Assembly: GCA_029261595.1 (NCBI GenBank)
Contig: JAJDAZ010000010.1
Location: 68,152-132,151, forward strand
Source: Nitrospinaceae bacterium
GTDB taxonomy: Bacteria; Nitrospinota; Nitrospinia; Nitrospinales; VA-1
DNA length: 64,000 bases
Reading direction: 5' to 3'
This document shows, piece by piece, positions 19,494 to 27,652 of this stretch (position 1 is the stretch's first letter; every line of letters begins with the position of its first letter). The notes beneath the pieces are model-generated. The model did no database searches and had not been told where the DNA came from. It saw only the letters and a program-made list of their open reading frames with translations. Position numbers and translations under genes: made by a program.

Positions 19494-20522
19494 TTACCCG
19501 GCCCAGCGCAGAATAACCTTTCCGGTGGATTTTCTCGTTTCCAGGAAGGCGTGCGCCTCAGCTACCTGATCCGCCGGGTACTCTCCTCCCACTGTCGGGT
19601 TCAGCTCTCCTTTTTCGGCCAAATCCACAACGGTACGCATGCAGCGTTGCAGAACCTCAGGCCTATTCTCGGCAATTTTCAGCATGTTCACTCCAAGAAC
19701 GCATTTGGAGTTTGAGAGAAGCTGAAGACTGTGGACAAACCCGAACCCCAGCACCGTCCGCAGGACGCGAAAAAAATCCCATCGACTACCGGTCATTCCT
19801 GCGACGCCGAAGGCCACGATCCGTCCTCCGGAACCAAGGAGGTTGTAGCCTTTGCGAAAGGTTTTACCGCCGATGGAATCAAAAACCACATCCAATCCTC
19901 TCTCTCCACAAATATTGCGGATTTCTTTTTCAAAATCATTTTGCCGGTAATTGATCGGATGATCCACGCCGATCTCCCGGAGATAATCGAGTTTCGTTTG
20001 CGAACCGGCTGTCCCAAAAACAACGCACCCTCGGCGTTTGGCCATTTGAACCAATGCCGTCCCGACTCCGCCAGCCGCCGCTTGGATGAGAACGTGGTCC
20101 CCGGTCTTAAGGCAAACCATTTCCGCCGCCGCGTACCAGGCCGTACAATATTGCGTGGCCAGCGCTGTGGCCACACCCGAATCCATCGCTTCCGGAATTT
20201 TCACCGTCACCATCGAATGGGTCACCACTTTATCTGAATAACCCCCGAATCGCGTGAAGGCCAACACGCGGTCGCCTGAACTCAATTTCTCAACCCCCTC
20301 ACCCACCCCAATTACCCTGCCCACCACTTCGTAACCCAGAACACAGGGTATCCTGGGTGCATCGGGATAAAGCCCCCGCCTGGCCAATACATCGGCAAAA
20401 TTCAGTCCGGAAGCTTCCACTTCGATCAGGACCTCGCCTTCACCCGGCACCGGGTCTTTTACCTCGCGCATTTCAAATGCGGTATTCGAATTTCCTAAGC
20501 GAATCAAGTAGATCGATTTCAT
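19494..20522 (-). CDS. MDR-superfamily NAD(P)H quinone oxidoreductase / enoyl-reductase-like (VAT-1-like)
   Basis: 342 aa. GroES-like N-terminus (EVLIEVEASGLNFADVLARRGLY). Rossmann segment 'HVLIQAAAGGVGTALVQMAKRRGCVVFGTAGS'. Confidence 0.85.
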   Translation of the reverse strand: MKSIYLIRLGNSNTAFEMREVKDPVPGEGEVLIEVEASGLNFADVLARRGLYPDAPRIPCVLGYEVVGRVIGVGEGVEKLSSGDRVLAFTRFGGYSDKVVTHSMVTVKIPEAMDSGVATALATQYCTAWYAAAEMVCLKTGDHVLIQAAAGGVGTALVQMAKRRGCVVFGTAGSQTKLDYLREIGVDHPINYRQNDFEKEIRNICGERGLDVVFDSIGGKTFRKGYNLLGSGGRIVAFGVAGMTGSRWDFFRVLRTVLGFGFVHSLQLLSNSKCVLGVNMLKIAENRPEVLQRCMRTVVDLAEKGELNPTVGGEYPADQVAEAHAFLETRKSTGKVILRWAG

Positions 20523-20583
20523 ATTCTAATAAATTACGAAACTCCCTGGACGAACCGCCAAATTCCGTCAGGGGGAAAAATGT

Positions 20584-21363
20584 TTACTCAGAAATTTGAG
20601 TTTGACAGGAAGTTGGTTTGGGAGGCGCATCATCTATGGGAATTCCTGATAATTTGGCAACCCACGGGAATCGGCTGATTTCTTCCCCGGTATACCCAAG
20701 ATTAAAAACCGTTGGGCTCAAGGGCACTTGCTTTGACTTTACTAGATAAGTTCCTAATACTCTGTCCGGGAAGGCGCTCGTGATACCGTAATTGCCGTGT
20801 TCATTGTGAAAGTGATGAGACAAATGCAGTTTCTTGAGGGTACGAAAAAATTTCGACTTTGGTGTATAGTTCAAGTGCTCGACACAATGGCAATATTCAT
20901 AAAAGCATGTGTACCACAATCCGGCGGCTAAAGCTCCAGCACAACCGCTGGCCCCGCCAAGCCCCAGCCAGCCCAATGGGGCGGCAATAATAAACACCGT
21001 GGGAATGATCGTGTAGGGCGCGGCAAATAAAACGCTCAGGTCATTCGGGTTTTGGTGGTGATCGAAGTGAATCCGTTTCCACAAAGCCGATGTGAACTGG
21101 AATTGGTAAAGTAAACGTGAGTGCAGTAAATACTGATGTATAAAATATTCTGAAAAAGGATATATAATACAACAGCCGAAAATCGCTACGATCAGCGACC
21201 AGAGGTTTTGGGCCCAATAAATGGATAAACCGGCAAAAAGGCTTCCCAATAGAAAATATAATTGGATCGATGGGTAAGAAATATAGGCTTTAAAAAATTC
21301 TCGAAAGCTTAATTTGTCGAGAAATTTTTCACTTTCCTTCCAATATCCGGATCCAAAAAACAT
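20584..21363 (-). CDS. FA2H/Scs7-like fatty-acid (sphingolipid alpha-) hydroxylase family protein, no cytochrome b5 domain
   Basis: His motifs align one-to-one with recalled human FA2H. EYFIHQYLLH aligns with EYVLHRFLFH. HFDHHQNP aligns with HGQHHKSP. YEYCHCVEH aligns with YDMTHYYLH. LKKLHLSHHFHNEHGNYGIT aligns with [20 protein letters not shown]. Confidence 0.75.
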   Translation of the reverse strand: MFFGSGYWKESEKFLDKLSFREFFKAYISYPSIQLYFLLGSLFAGLSIYWAQNLWSLIVAIFGCCIIYPFSEYFIHQYLLHSRLLYQFQFTSALWKRIHFDHHQNPNDLSVLFAAPYTIIPTVFIIAAPLGWLGLGGASGCAGALAAGLWYTCFYEYCHCVEHLNYTPKSKFFRTLKKLHLSHHFHNEHGNYGITSAFPDRVLGTYLVKSKQVPLSPTVFNLGYTGEEISRFPWVAKLSGIPIDDAPPKPTSCQTQISE

Positions 21364-21558
21364 TCAGCTCCTCCATATTTGATCCCATTGCGGAAAACCA
21401 AAAATAGCATCAAATACAGTTAAATGGATTCTTTCTTTTTATAAACTATCAAAACTTTAACCCAGGGTATTTTAGGAGTCAAACCTAATTCGACTGTCCT
21501 TCAGGCTTGCTTGCAAGCCATTTTTTCACCTGGAAAAAATATATTTTTGCCCCTACGA

Positions 21559-21587
21559 TTGACTTGGAAGCATATTTTTTTTAAATT
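21559..21587 (+). promoter_or_regulatory. candidate sigma70-type promoter for the Aur1-like gene
   Basis: TTGACT (21559-21564), a 17-nt spacer, then TAAATT (21582-21587). It lies about 80 nt upstream of the ATG at 21666. Confidence 0.3.
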
Positions 21588-21665
21588 TACGGGTCAGTTT
21601 AATGTTCTCTGCCCATTACTCTGGAATTTTTATTGCAGATTATAGATCAAGTTAAAGAAACAAGA

Positions 21666-22643
21666 ATGGAGCCACCCCTGGAAGAAGATTCAACAAACAC
21701 GATTTTGGTGAAACAATGGCTTCAATGGTGGAAAAGCCGCTCTGTCCTGCAAAAACTTTTGCCGCTTGTCATTTTGGCAGGTTTCTGGGGACTACACATA
21801 AGCATGGGCGGCTTTCGGCCTGACCATCTAGCAGTCGCACTCCTTGTATTCGCTTATTATGGAGGACCCCGCACGCAATGCTATTACAGGTTTTTTCTCC
21901 CCTTTACATTATTCATGGTCCTGTATGACAGCCAGGGTTATTACGCGGAATTGATTCGGGGGAAAGTCCATGTTGCCGAACCTTATCAGTTCGACCTGAC
22001 GTTTTTTGGCATTGAAACCTCCGAGGGAAGGCTGTTACCCAGCCAATGGTTGCAAAAACATACCCATCCGGCCATAGATGTCGTCACCAGTTTTGGCTAT
22101 ATAATATTCGTCCCGGTATGTTTTGGAGTGGCGACTTATTTCCGTTTTTTTTTGGTTTCGGGAAAAAATTCCTCTCTGGAAAAAGAAACGATTATAACCA
22201 AGGCCCATGCCTTGATGTGGGGCATGTGCTGGTTAAACATCCTGTCCTGTTCCACTTATTACTGGTATCCCGCCGCCCCTCCCTGGTATGTCGAAATATA
22301 TGGATTGGGACCCGCACAATTGGACGCAGCCCCCAGCGCGGCAGGAGCTCTACGACTCGATGAGTTTTTCGGCATTGACTTCGTATCCAGTTTCTATTCA
22401 AGAGTCCCAAATGTGTTTGGCGCCATTCCATCAGGCCATGTCGCCTTCCCTCTGCTGTGTTTGTATTTCGCTTTTAAGTTATCGTCACTGCGTGTTTTCT
22501 GTCTGTTGTATTTTTTACTGGTTTGCTTTTCCGCAGTGTATCTAAATCATCACTATGTTCTGGATGTCCTTTGGGGAATCACCTATGCTCTGATTGTGGC
22601 GTGGTTGATGGACAGGTTTTACAAGTCAGGTTCGCAAGAATAA
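21666..22643 (+). CDS. Aur1/Ipt1-type (PAP2_3) inositolphosphotransferase-like protein, i.e. IPC-synthase / sphingomyelin-synthase-like
   Basis: 'YPAAPPWYVEIYGLG ... GALRLDEFFGI ... FGAIPSGHVAFP ... YLNHHYVLDVLWG' parallels recalled yeast Aur1 'FPAAPPWYKILYGL ... GLARIDKLLGI ... FGAFPSLHSGCA ... YLTHHYFVDLMAG'. PAP2 C2 (SGH) and C3 (HxxxD) motifs are present. The ATG at 21666 is preferred over the TTG at 21633. Confidence 0.75.
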   Translation: MEPPLEEDSTNTILVKQWLQWWKSRSVLQKLLPLVILAGFWGLHISMGGFRPDHLAVALLVFAYYGGPRTQCYYRFFLPFTLFMVLYDSQGYYAELIRGKVHVAEPYQFDLTFFGIETSEGRLLPSQWLQKHTHPAIDVVTSFGYIIFVPVCFGVATYFRFFLVSGKNSSLEKETIITKAHALMWGMCWLNILSCSTYYWYPAAPPWYVEIYGLGPAQLDAAPSAAGALRLDEFFGIDFVSSFYSRVPNVFGAIPSGHVAFPLLCLYFAFKLSSLRVFCLLYFLLVCFSAVYLNHHYVLDVLWGITYALIVAWLMDRFYKSGSQE

Positions 22644-22686
22644 ACACCGCCACAAGTGGATTCACAAAACGCCCGCTACCTGCACG

Positions 22687-24273
22687 ATGCCGTTAATTAT
22701 AGGTCCTGGCGGGTGGAAAACAATCGTGTCTGGAGTCCCCAATAAATTGATGAAACTACTGGAGTCGAGATTCAGTTTTCGTTTTCTTTGGATGGCCGGT
22801 GTCATCGCATTGGGCGCGTCGCTGTTTCTCATCTTCTGGTTCTGGCGGGATGCCATTCCCACTGGAAATACCAGCGGAGTGTGGGCCGCTATTGCCAACG
22901 ACTTTGCTGAAGGGGTGCTTTACCGTCCTGTTTTCGATGAGTCCGGTTATGGTGGAACCCGCTACATGCCGCTTTTTTTCGTGCTCTACGGCCTGCTCAT
23001 TTCCTTTTTTAATGATCCGGTCACGGCGGGGGTGTCGTTATCTCTCACCGCCATGATCTTTCTTGACCTTGGCATTTACTTTTTGCTACGGGAAATGGGG
23101 GTCCCAAAATCAATCGCCATTCCCCTGACCTTTCTGGCTCACACATCTTTATCCTTTCAAAAGTTGACTCTGGAAACCAAGGGGGATTTCTTTGCGGCGG
23201 CCATGAATGTCTGGGGCATCCTGTTAGCTCTCAAACATCTGCGGACCCACTCCTGGGCTTTGTTGACCTTGAGCGCCGGCTTCTTTTTAGCGGCGATATT
23301 CACTAAATTCACCACCATCGGCGGATTGGCGGTGGTCACTCTACTTTTTCTGATCCGGAAAAAATATTCCTCCGCCATTTTCCTTGTCGGGCTGATTGGA
23401 GTCTCCACCTTGACCCTGCTTTGGGGAGTCAATGAGATCAGCGAGGGAAGAGCCCTCGCGGCTTTTCAAGCTTGCGCTCTGGGCGGATTCAATTTTGACT
23501 ACGCGATGAAAACCCCACTCTGGTTTCTAACCGTCACCATTCAGGACCCGTTCTTCTTTGCCATGATGTGTCTTGGGATTTATCTCATGACGAAAATAAA
23601 GGCCGAGCAATGGAAATCCTTCGTCCCTCTTTATTTCGCCTTCACTCTGGCTTCGACGTTCGCTATTTTTTCCTCACCGGGAACCGACAGCAATCACCTG
23701 ATCGATTTGCATGTCACCTGTATTTTGTTGATGGCGATTCAGTTCAAGAAAGAGGAGCGGTTTTCAAAAATGTACAATTTTTGTTTTATATTCATAATTG
23801 CCGGCAACCTGTTCATGGCGATCCCCGGAACCCTTTCCATAAAAGATCATCTTGAACTCAAAGGAAGACCGACGCGGGCCACCGTCCAGGCTATCCAGGA
23901 GGAACTGGGCCCGCAGATAAAAAATCTGCTCAGCGAAAATCCACTGGTCCCTCTGCTGATGGGTCAGCGTCCCATCGTTATGGACGCGTTCAGCCTGAGG
24001 CTCATGGCTCAAAAGTCCCCTGAAGTGCAGGCTGATTTCACTCAGAAAATCGAAAATCATTTTTTTGAGGCCATTGTTTTACAGGACTGGTCCGGCGCTC
24101 CCCGGGACCAACTGGAGGATGCCATGGAAAAGCATTCTTCCCTGGGCGTGGATCGATTTTACGGCGAAGTTCATTTCCCACCGGGCTTTTTGGACCTGAT
24201 GAAAAAACATTATTTTCTGAGCTTCGTCAAAAGACCTTATGTGATTTATGAGCCCATAAAACCTTCCCCATAA
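22687..24273 (+). CDS. GT-C fold membrane glycosyltransferase (ArnT/PMT GT39-like)
   Basis: 528 aa with 10 or more TM helices. An acidic motif sits in the first external loop (VFDESGYGGTRYMPLFF). A C-terminal soluble domain of about 150 aa is present. An alternative ATG lies at 22750. Confidence 0.55.
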   Translation: MPLIIGPGGWKTIVSGVPNKLMKLLESRFSFRFLWMAGVIALGASLFLIFWFWRDAIPTGNTSGVWAAIANDFAEGVLYRPVFDESGYGGTRYMPLFFVLYGLLISFFNDPVTAGVSLSLTAMIFLDLGIYFLLREMGVPKSIAIPLTFLAHTSLSFQKLTLETKGDFFAAAMNVWGILLALKHLRTHSWALLTLSAGFFLAAIFTKFTTIGGLAVVTLLFLIRKKYSSAIFLVGLIGVSTLTLLWGVNEISEGRALAAFQACALGGFNFDYAMKTPLWFLTVTIQDPFFFAMMCLGIYLMTKIKAEQWKSFVPLYFAFTLASTFAIFSSPGTDSNHLIDLHVTCILLMAIQFKKEERFSKMYNFCFIFIIAGNLFMAIPGTLSIKDHLELKGRPTRATVQAIQEELGPQIKNLLSENPLVPLLMGQRPIVMDAFSLRLMAQKSPEVQADFTQKIENHFFEAIVLQDWSGAPRDQLEDAMEKHSSLGVDRFYGEVHFPPGFLDLMKKHYFLSFVKRPYVIYEPIKPSP

Positions 24274-24313
24274 AACCCTTTTAATATCAATTGGTTATAG
24301 AGCTTATTATAAA

Positions 24314-24341
24314 GTGACTTTTTCAGGGCGGATAGTATAAT
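24314..24341 (+). promoter_or_regulatory. candidate sigma70-type promoter for the polyprenol-P-mannose synthase gene
   Basis: GTGACT (24314-24319), a 16-nt spacer, then a perfect TATAAT (24336-24341). It lies 36 nt upstream of the ATG at 24378. Confidence 0.35.
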
Positions 24342-24377
24342 GACTGCCTGCTGTTCACAGAAATCCATTATTTTTTT

Positions 24378-25217
24378 ATGCGGAAGAATATGTCGTTGAC
24401 CACCACCTCCAAACGAAACATTGAACGCACTCTGGTCATCCTTCCGACCTACAACGAAGCCGATTCATTGATAAAAGTGGTGGATGCGGTACTGAGTTTG
24501 CCTGAGAATCTGGATATTCTGGTGGTGGATGATTCCTCGCCCGATGGCACCGCGGACCTCGCAAAAAATCATTCCGCTTTTGATGATCGGCTTTTTCTGT
24601 TACAGCGGCCTGGCAAACAGGGGCTGGCCACAGCTTACAAGGAAGGGTTCCAATGGGGGTTGAATAAGGGATACGACGTGTGCATGGAAATGGACAGCGA
24701 CCTTTCACACGACCCGACGGATATTTCCCGGCTGTTGCAGACGATTACAGAGGGAGCCGACATTGCCATTGGCTCGCGATATTTGAATGGCATCAGCGTC
24801 ATCAACTGGCCGCTCAGCCGGTTGCTGGTCAGCATCGGCGCCGGTATTTATACGCGGTGGGTGTCCGGTCTGCCGCTGTCCGACCCGACGGGGGGATTCA
24901 AAGCAATCCACCGGGATGTGATCGAACATCTGGACTGGAATAAGGTGAAAAGCGATGGCTACGGTTTTCAGATCGAAGTGAGTTTTTTTGCTTTTAAAAA
25001 GGGTTTTCTGATTAAAGAGATCCCTATCATTTTTACCGAGCGCCGCGATGGGGAATCCAAGTTTTCCCTGTCGATCGCGATCGAGGCCGCTTTTAGAGTT
25101 CTGCAACTAGGGTGTCTGGAACGCTTTCAAAGTTCCAAAAAAATTTCCTCCCCCTCTTACAATAGAAACCTGTACGAAGCCCCTCCAGGCGAGCCCGCTA
25201 CGCGGGAGGAGGGGTAG
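24378..25217 (+). CDS. polyprenol/dolichol-phosphate mannose synthase (Dpm1/Ppm1-like GT2)
   Basis: LVILPTYNEADSL ... ILVVDDSSPDGTADLA ... RPGKQGLATAYKEGF ... MDSDLSHDP ... GSRY ... GGFKA ... DGYGFQIE. This is a full Dpm1-type motif set. Confidence 0.9.
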   Translation: MRKNMSLTTTSKRNIERTLVILPTYNEADSLIKVVDAVLSLPENLDILVVDDSSPDGTADLAKNHSAFDDRLFLLQRPGKQGLATAYKEGFQWGLNKGYDVCMEMDSDLSHDPTDISRLLQTITEGADIAIGSRYLNGISVINWPLSRLLVSIGAGIYTRWVSGLPLSDPTGGFKAIHRDVIEHLDWNKVKSDGYGFQIEVSFFAFKKGFLIKEIPIIFTERRDGESKFSLSIAIEAAFRVLQLGCLERFQSSKKISSPSYNRNLYEAPPGEPATREEG

Positions 25218-25259
25218 CTTCCTCACGAGCCTCGGAGAATTTCCGAAGGAAAATTCTGG

Positions 25260-26816
25260 ATGAAAAATTCGGCCTCAAGTAGAATTCCACCCGCCAAAAA
25301 TCCGCCGAACGTCAATGCTGGGCCCAGCGACCAGCTGGCCAGCCCCCAGGCGGGTTGGTGGCATTATAAATCCATCCTTTTAGCTTTGGCCCTGCATGCA
25401 TTTTTGTTTCTTTGGCTGTTCCAGTTGGGTTATTCGGCGGAGGAATGGAAGCGCATCAATATAATCGCCAAATCTCCCTCCGTGAAGCCCATGGCGAAAA
25501 CCATCATGCAGGAGCACGGACCTTTCGGTTTTGTGGTCTGGTACTACAGTACCCACTTTGAGGCGCAACTTTATTACCGATACGCCAAATTGACTCTGTA
25601 CGGGGATGTGGATTATTGGACAAGAAACAATAACCTGCAAATCAACAGTGAACGCCCCTTACCTTATCGGGATATCCCTATCGAATACCAACCGGGAGCA
25701 CTCCTAGCAATCACATTGCCGGCTTTATTTGCCGACAATCTTAGAGAGTATAGATTCTGGCTGGCCACCTGGTTCGGGTTCCTTTATATGTTAAACCTTT
25801 TCCTGGGTATCAAACTCGTGACCGGGGGGTCGCCCTCTGTCGGCCAGGCGAAACGTTTGCTCTGGTGGTCTTTCGCCTTTTTAGTCCTTTTGGGCGGAAT
25901 CGTCACCTCCCGGTTCGACCACGTCGTGGTGACCAGCATTTTGCTTTCCACTCTCGTGCTCATCCACGCACTTAAGAAAAGGGGAAAGAAATCTTTACTG
26001 TGGTTTGGTTTTTTTGGGGTGGTCACGTCAATGGGCGTGTTGACCAAAATCGTGCCCGGTCTCATTCTGATTTCAGTGTTGCTGTTTTTGCTCGTACAAC
26101 ACAAAAATACGCCACGCTGGGCGGAAGCCATGGCTTCGATTGCGGGATTGGGAGCGGGACTGGTTTTTCTGAATGCTGTGTTTTATGGTATTTTCGGTCC
26201 CGGTTACTGGGAAAGCTTCACTTATCATATGGACCGGGGAGTCCAACAGGAATCTGCCTATGCCGGGATAATGTTGCTGGCTCAATTGGTGGGCATTGGC
26301 ACCGTGACCCATGACGTTTCCTTTGGGTCGTCCAATGTGATCTTCGCGCTCGCCGACCAGGTCAAACTCATTTCCCCCTTTCTATTTATTGGAATCGTGG
26401 CTGTTCTTGTTCGGAGGGTTTGGCGCCAGCCTCAAGCGGACGCCAAGGCGGAAGAGTCGGGGCATTTTGTTTGCAGTCAAATCTTATTGCTGACCCTGAT
26501 CCTGCTTCTTGCGTTCATGCTCACCAATAAGGTATTTTCCCCACAATACATGATTTGGGTCGGGCCGTTGCTCGCCATCTTGGTGGCTGTCCACAAAAAC
26601 ATGTGGAAAATCGGCATACTATTTTTAGTCGCGACCACCATGACCCAGGGAATTTTCCCTCAGCTTTATAAACTCATGAATCTATTTCACCCGGCCATGG
26701 TGGTTCTTTTGAACCTGCGCAATGCTTTGCTCATCGTGATTCTGATAATGCTGATTCGGGATCTGCCAGTTTTGTTGGAAAAGAATCACTCCTCCCGGCT
26801 TTCCCCGGAAAGCTGA
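25260..26816 (+). CDS. polytopic membrane protein, possible GT-C glycosyltransferase (DUF2029/GT87, PimE-like)
   Basis: 518 aa with 11 or more TM helices. The first loop 'LYGDVDYW...PYRDIPIEYQPGALLAITLPALF' resembles the GT87 signature (D...Y....pY..f.YPP). The assignment is tentative. Confidence 0.45.
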   Translation: MKNSASSRIPPAKNPPNVNAGPSDQLASPQAGWWHYKSILLALALHAFLFLWLFQLGYSAEEWKRINIIAKSPSVKPMAKTIMQEHGPFGFVVWYYSTHFEAQLYYRYAKLTLYGDVDYWTRNNNLQINSERPLPYRDIPIEYQPGALLAITLPALFADNLREYRFWLATWFGFLYMLNLFLGIKLVTGGSPSVGQAKRLLWWSFAFLVLLGGIVTSRFDHVVVTSILLSTLVLIHALKKRGKKSLLWFGFFGVVTSMGVLTKIVPGLILISVLLFLLVQHKNTPRWAEAMASIAGLGAGLVFLNAVFYGIFGPGYWESFTYHMDRGVQQESAYAGIMLLAQLVGIGTVTHDVSFGSSNVIFALADQVKLISPFLFIGIVAVLVRRVWRQPQADAKAEESGHFVCSQILLLTLILLLAFMLTNKVFSPQYMIWVGPLLAILVAVHKNMWKIGILFLVATTMTQGIFPQLYKLMNLFHPAMVVLLNLRNALLIVILIMLIRDLPVLLEKNHSSRLSPES

Positions 26817-27442
26817 TTTTTGACATAAATGATCCTTTGCACCGCGGTGTAATTGCTGAGAACGGCAATAATCAATATGGTTCCTATCATAATGTATTGG
26901 CCCACAACAGGAATGCCCGCAAGCAGGGACCCCAGAATTATCAGGGCGATGCGTTCGGGCCGTTGCATCCACCCGACCTTGCAATCGACGCCCAAACCTT
27001 CGGCGCGGGCGCGGGTGTAGCTGACCATGAACGAACCGGACAAAGCCAGAATAATAATTAGAACCATGACGGACCCAAGAAACGACTCCGGATCATTCGC
27101 AGACAAGCGGGAAAAATGCCAGGCCAATCCCAGGAAAACAAACAGCTCGCTGAACCGGTCGATGGCGCTGTCCAGAAAAGCTCCAAACGAGGAAATTCTC
27201 CCAGTCAGCCTGGCCATTTGACCGTCCAGAACATCACAGGTTCCCGCCAGAATCAGGACTGCCCCGGCGCAGAAGAAGGCGCCGTTTGCGTAAATCAGCC
27301 CGGCGATCATACTCAGCGACAAACCCACGAGGGACAAGGCATTGGGGCTCACGCCCAGGCCCGAAAGAAAACTGCAAAAAGGAGCCATCGCCCGGACAAA
27401 GCCTTCCTTGATCTTTTCGCTCAATAGGGAATATTCCGGCAT
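26786..27442 (-). CDS. CDP-alcohol phosphatidyltransferase, PgsA1/AIPS-like (possible phosphatidylinositol-phosphate synthase)
   Basis: Canonical D-G-x2-A-R-x8-G-x3-D-x3-D motif (DVLDGQMARLTGRISSFGAFLDSAIDRFSE). 'SYTRARAEGLGVDCKVGWMQRPERIALIILG' parallels recalled M. tuberculosis PgsA1 'SYIKARAEASGLRGDGGFIERPERLIIVLTG'. ATG at 27442 (TTG at 27448). The 3' end overlaps the convergent upstream gene by 31 nt. Confidence 0.9.
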   Translation of the reverse strand: MPEYSLLSEKIKEGFVRAMAPFCSFLSGLGVSPNALSLVGLSLSMIAGLIYANGAFFCAGAVLILAGTCDVLDGQMARLTGRISSFGAFLDSAIDRFSELFVFLGLAWHFSRLSANDPESFLGSVMVLIIILALSGSFMVSYTRARAEGLGVDCKVGWMQRPERIALIILGSLLAGIPVVGQYIMIGTILIIAVLSNYTAVQRIIYVKNQLSGESREE

Positions 27443-27490
27443 CCGCAATCAACCTTGGAATCCGATGAAAGCGCGGTTCGCGCTTCCCTC

Positions 27491-27574
27491 AAAAAAATTT
27501 ATAAAATGCAATGAGGTCTTTTCCAAAGCGCCTGGTGCGGACCCGGCTTCCGGACGCTTTGGAAAAGACCTCAT
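27491..27574 (-). terminator. long-stem rho-independent terminator / RNA hairpin downstream of the PKS
   Basis: A perfect 20-bp inverted repeat: atgaggtcttttccaaagcg (27511-27530) pairs with cgctttggaaaagacctcat (27555-27574), with a 24-nt loop. On the minus strand it is followed by tgcattttataaattttttt. Confidence 0.65.
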
Positions 27575-27652
27575 TAGATGAACGAACTGGCCGCGATCCT
27601 CATTTAAACGTGTTTTGCATCGATTTTTATTCCATCAACCGCTCTTAAACAT

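Noticed and set aside
21505-21531. A terminator-like hairpin (ggctt-gcttgc-aagcc followed by atttttt) inside the divergent FA2H-like / Aur1-like promoter region.
   Set aside because: The stem is only 5-7 bp, and no upstream co-oriented gene ends here. It could be a leader or attenuator structure, but the evidence is too thin.
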